A stretch of DNA of 64,000 bases from Nitrospirales bacterium. GTDB lineage: Bacteria > Nitrospirota > Nitrospiria > Nitrospirales > UBA8639. A program made the translations under genes and the position numbers. Under the pieces are notes generated by a model. The model was not told the origin of the DNA and searched no databases. It saw only the letters and a program-made list of their open reading frames with translations. The DNA lies in the NCBI GenBank assembly GCA_963555755.3, contig OY820905.2, positions 320,001 through 384,000 on the forward strand, written 5' to 3'. Below, piece after piece: positions 63,419 to 64,000 of this stretch. Positions within the stretch are counted from its first letter, which is position 1, and each line of letters begins with the position of its first letter.

Positions 63419-63730
63419 TTAGAATTGACCACCACAGTTAGAACAAAACTTTGCGCCAGCCTGCATTTCTACACCACAGTTACTGCAAAATTTACCTTGC
63501 GGGAACGCCTCACCACACTGCTGGCAAAATTTACTGCTTCCGTCATTGATAGTGTGACATTTCTGACAGCTGATGGTTGAGACGCTTTGCGATGTAAGAT
63601 CCGGCTTACTTTGAGAATAGCTATGACCCTGTTGAGCACCTGCGAAATCACCCAGAAGCCTGCCCAGCCAACCACCTTTTCCACGACTTCCTCCACCATG
63701 ATGCCCCATCAATACACCTCTATTCTTCAT
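63419..63730 (-). CDS. Double zinc-ribbon protein
   Basis: CQKC, FCQQCG and two FCSNCG knuckles. Confidence 0.8.
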   Translation of the reverse strand: MKNRGVLMGHHGGGSRGKGGWLGRLLGDFAGAQQGHSYSQSKPDLTSQSVSTISCQKCHTINDGSSKFCQQCGEAFPQGKFCSNCGVEMQAGAKFCSNCGGQF

Positions 63731-64000
63731 TGCTCTTTTTTGAAATGGTCACAATCTTTCCTTGGGAGAAAGGTTGTTCATCGTCACAGCTCCTGCCATG
63801 AATAAAATTTTTTCAGTTGGATCGGAAGAGTTGGCCAGGCCATGACTTTTTTGCCTTGAATAGGGCCTCGGACCATGCGGTAAAAGGGCGCAAGAGAGGA
63901 GATGATCATTACCCATATTCGACGCATCCTGAGAGTTGGAGAATAATTCCTATCGGGGCTGTTGAATATTTCCGTTTCAGACATCGAACGGTTCGCCAGG

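Noticed and set aside
63784..63984. Short ORF at the window edge
   Set aside because: No recognisable motif, and the context is cut off by the window.

Overview
A 64-kb bacterial window, probably Nitrospirota (inferred from aroQ-efp-accB-accC-thiE-bioD synteny and a Nitrospira-style MITE). It has three parts. (1) 1-20 kb is an integron cassette array with no intact intI. It is broken into modules, each starting with a ~150-bp GGGGTCAAG...CCTGACCCC mini-element, followed in three cases by a variably truncated intI 3' end or its downstream sequence, a promoter-bearing attI-like site and one or more cassettes. Cassettes include a thiaminase I homologue, a HEPN-like two-gene pair and a papain-like protease. 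Two DUF4338-fused ISAs1 elements, an IS1595 and MITEs have inserted into the array. (2) 18-38 kb is mostly housekeeping genes. It carries an IS110 whose bridge-RNA guides and junction promoter can be read from the sequence, and a DUF4338-carrying IS66. (3) 38.5-64 kb is an accessory region starting at a putA-like 3' stub. It contains a MazEF-type TA pair, a RAYT remnant with two IS4 copies in its REP-like repeats, two giant RCC1-repeat secreted proteins, a foreign clc/ispG fragment inside IS110-like ends, a group II intron, and tandem arrays of two small secreted Cys-rich protein families, one resembling cholesterol-dependent-cytolysin domain 4. All assignments come from reading motifs by eye; no searches were run.
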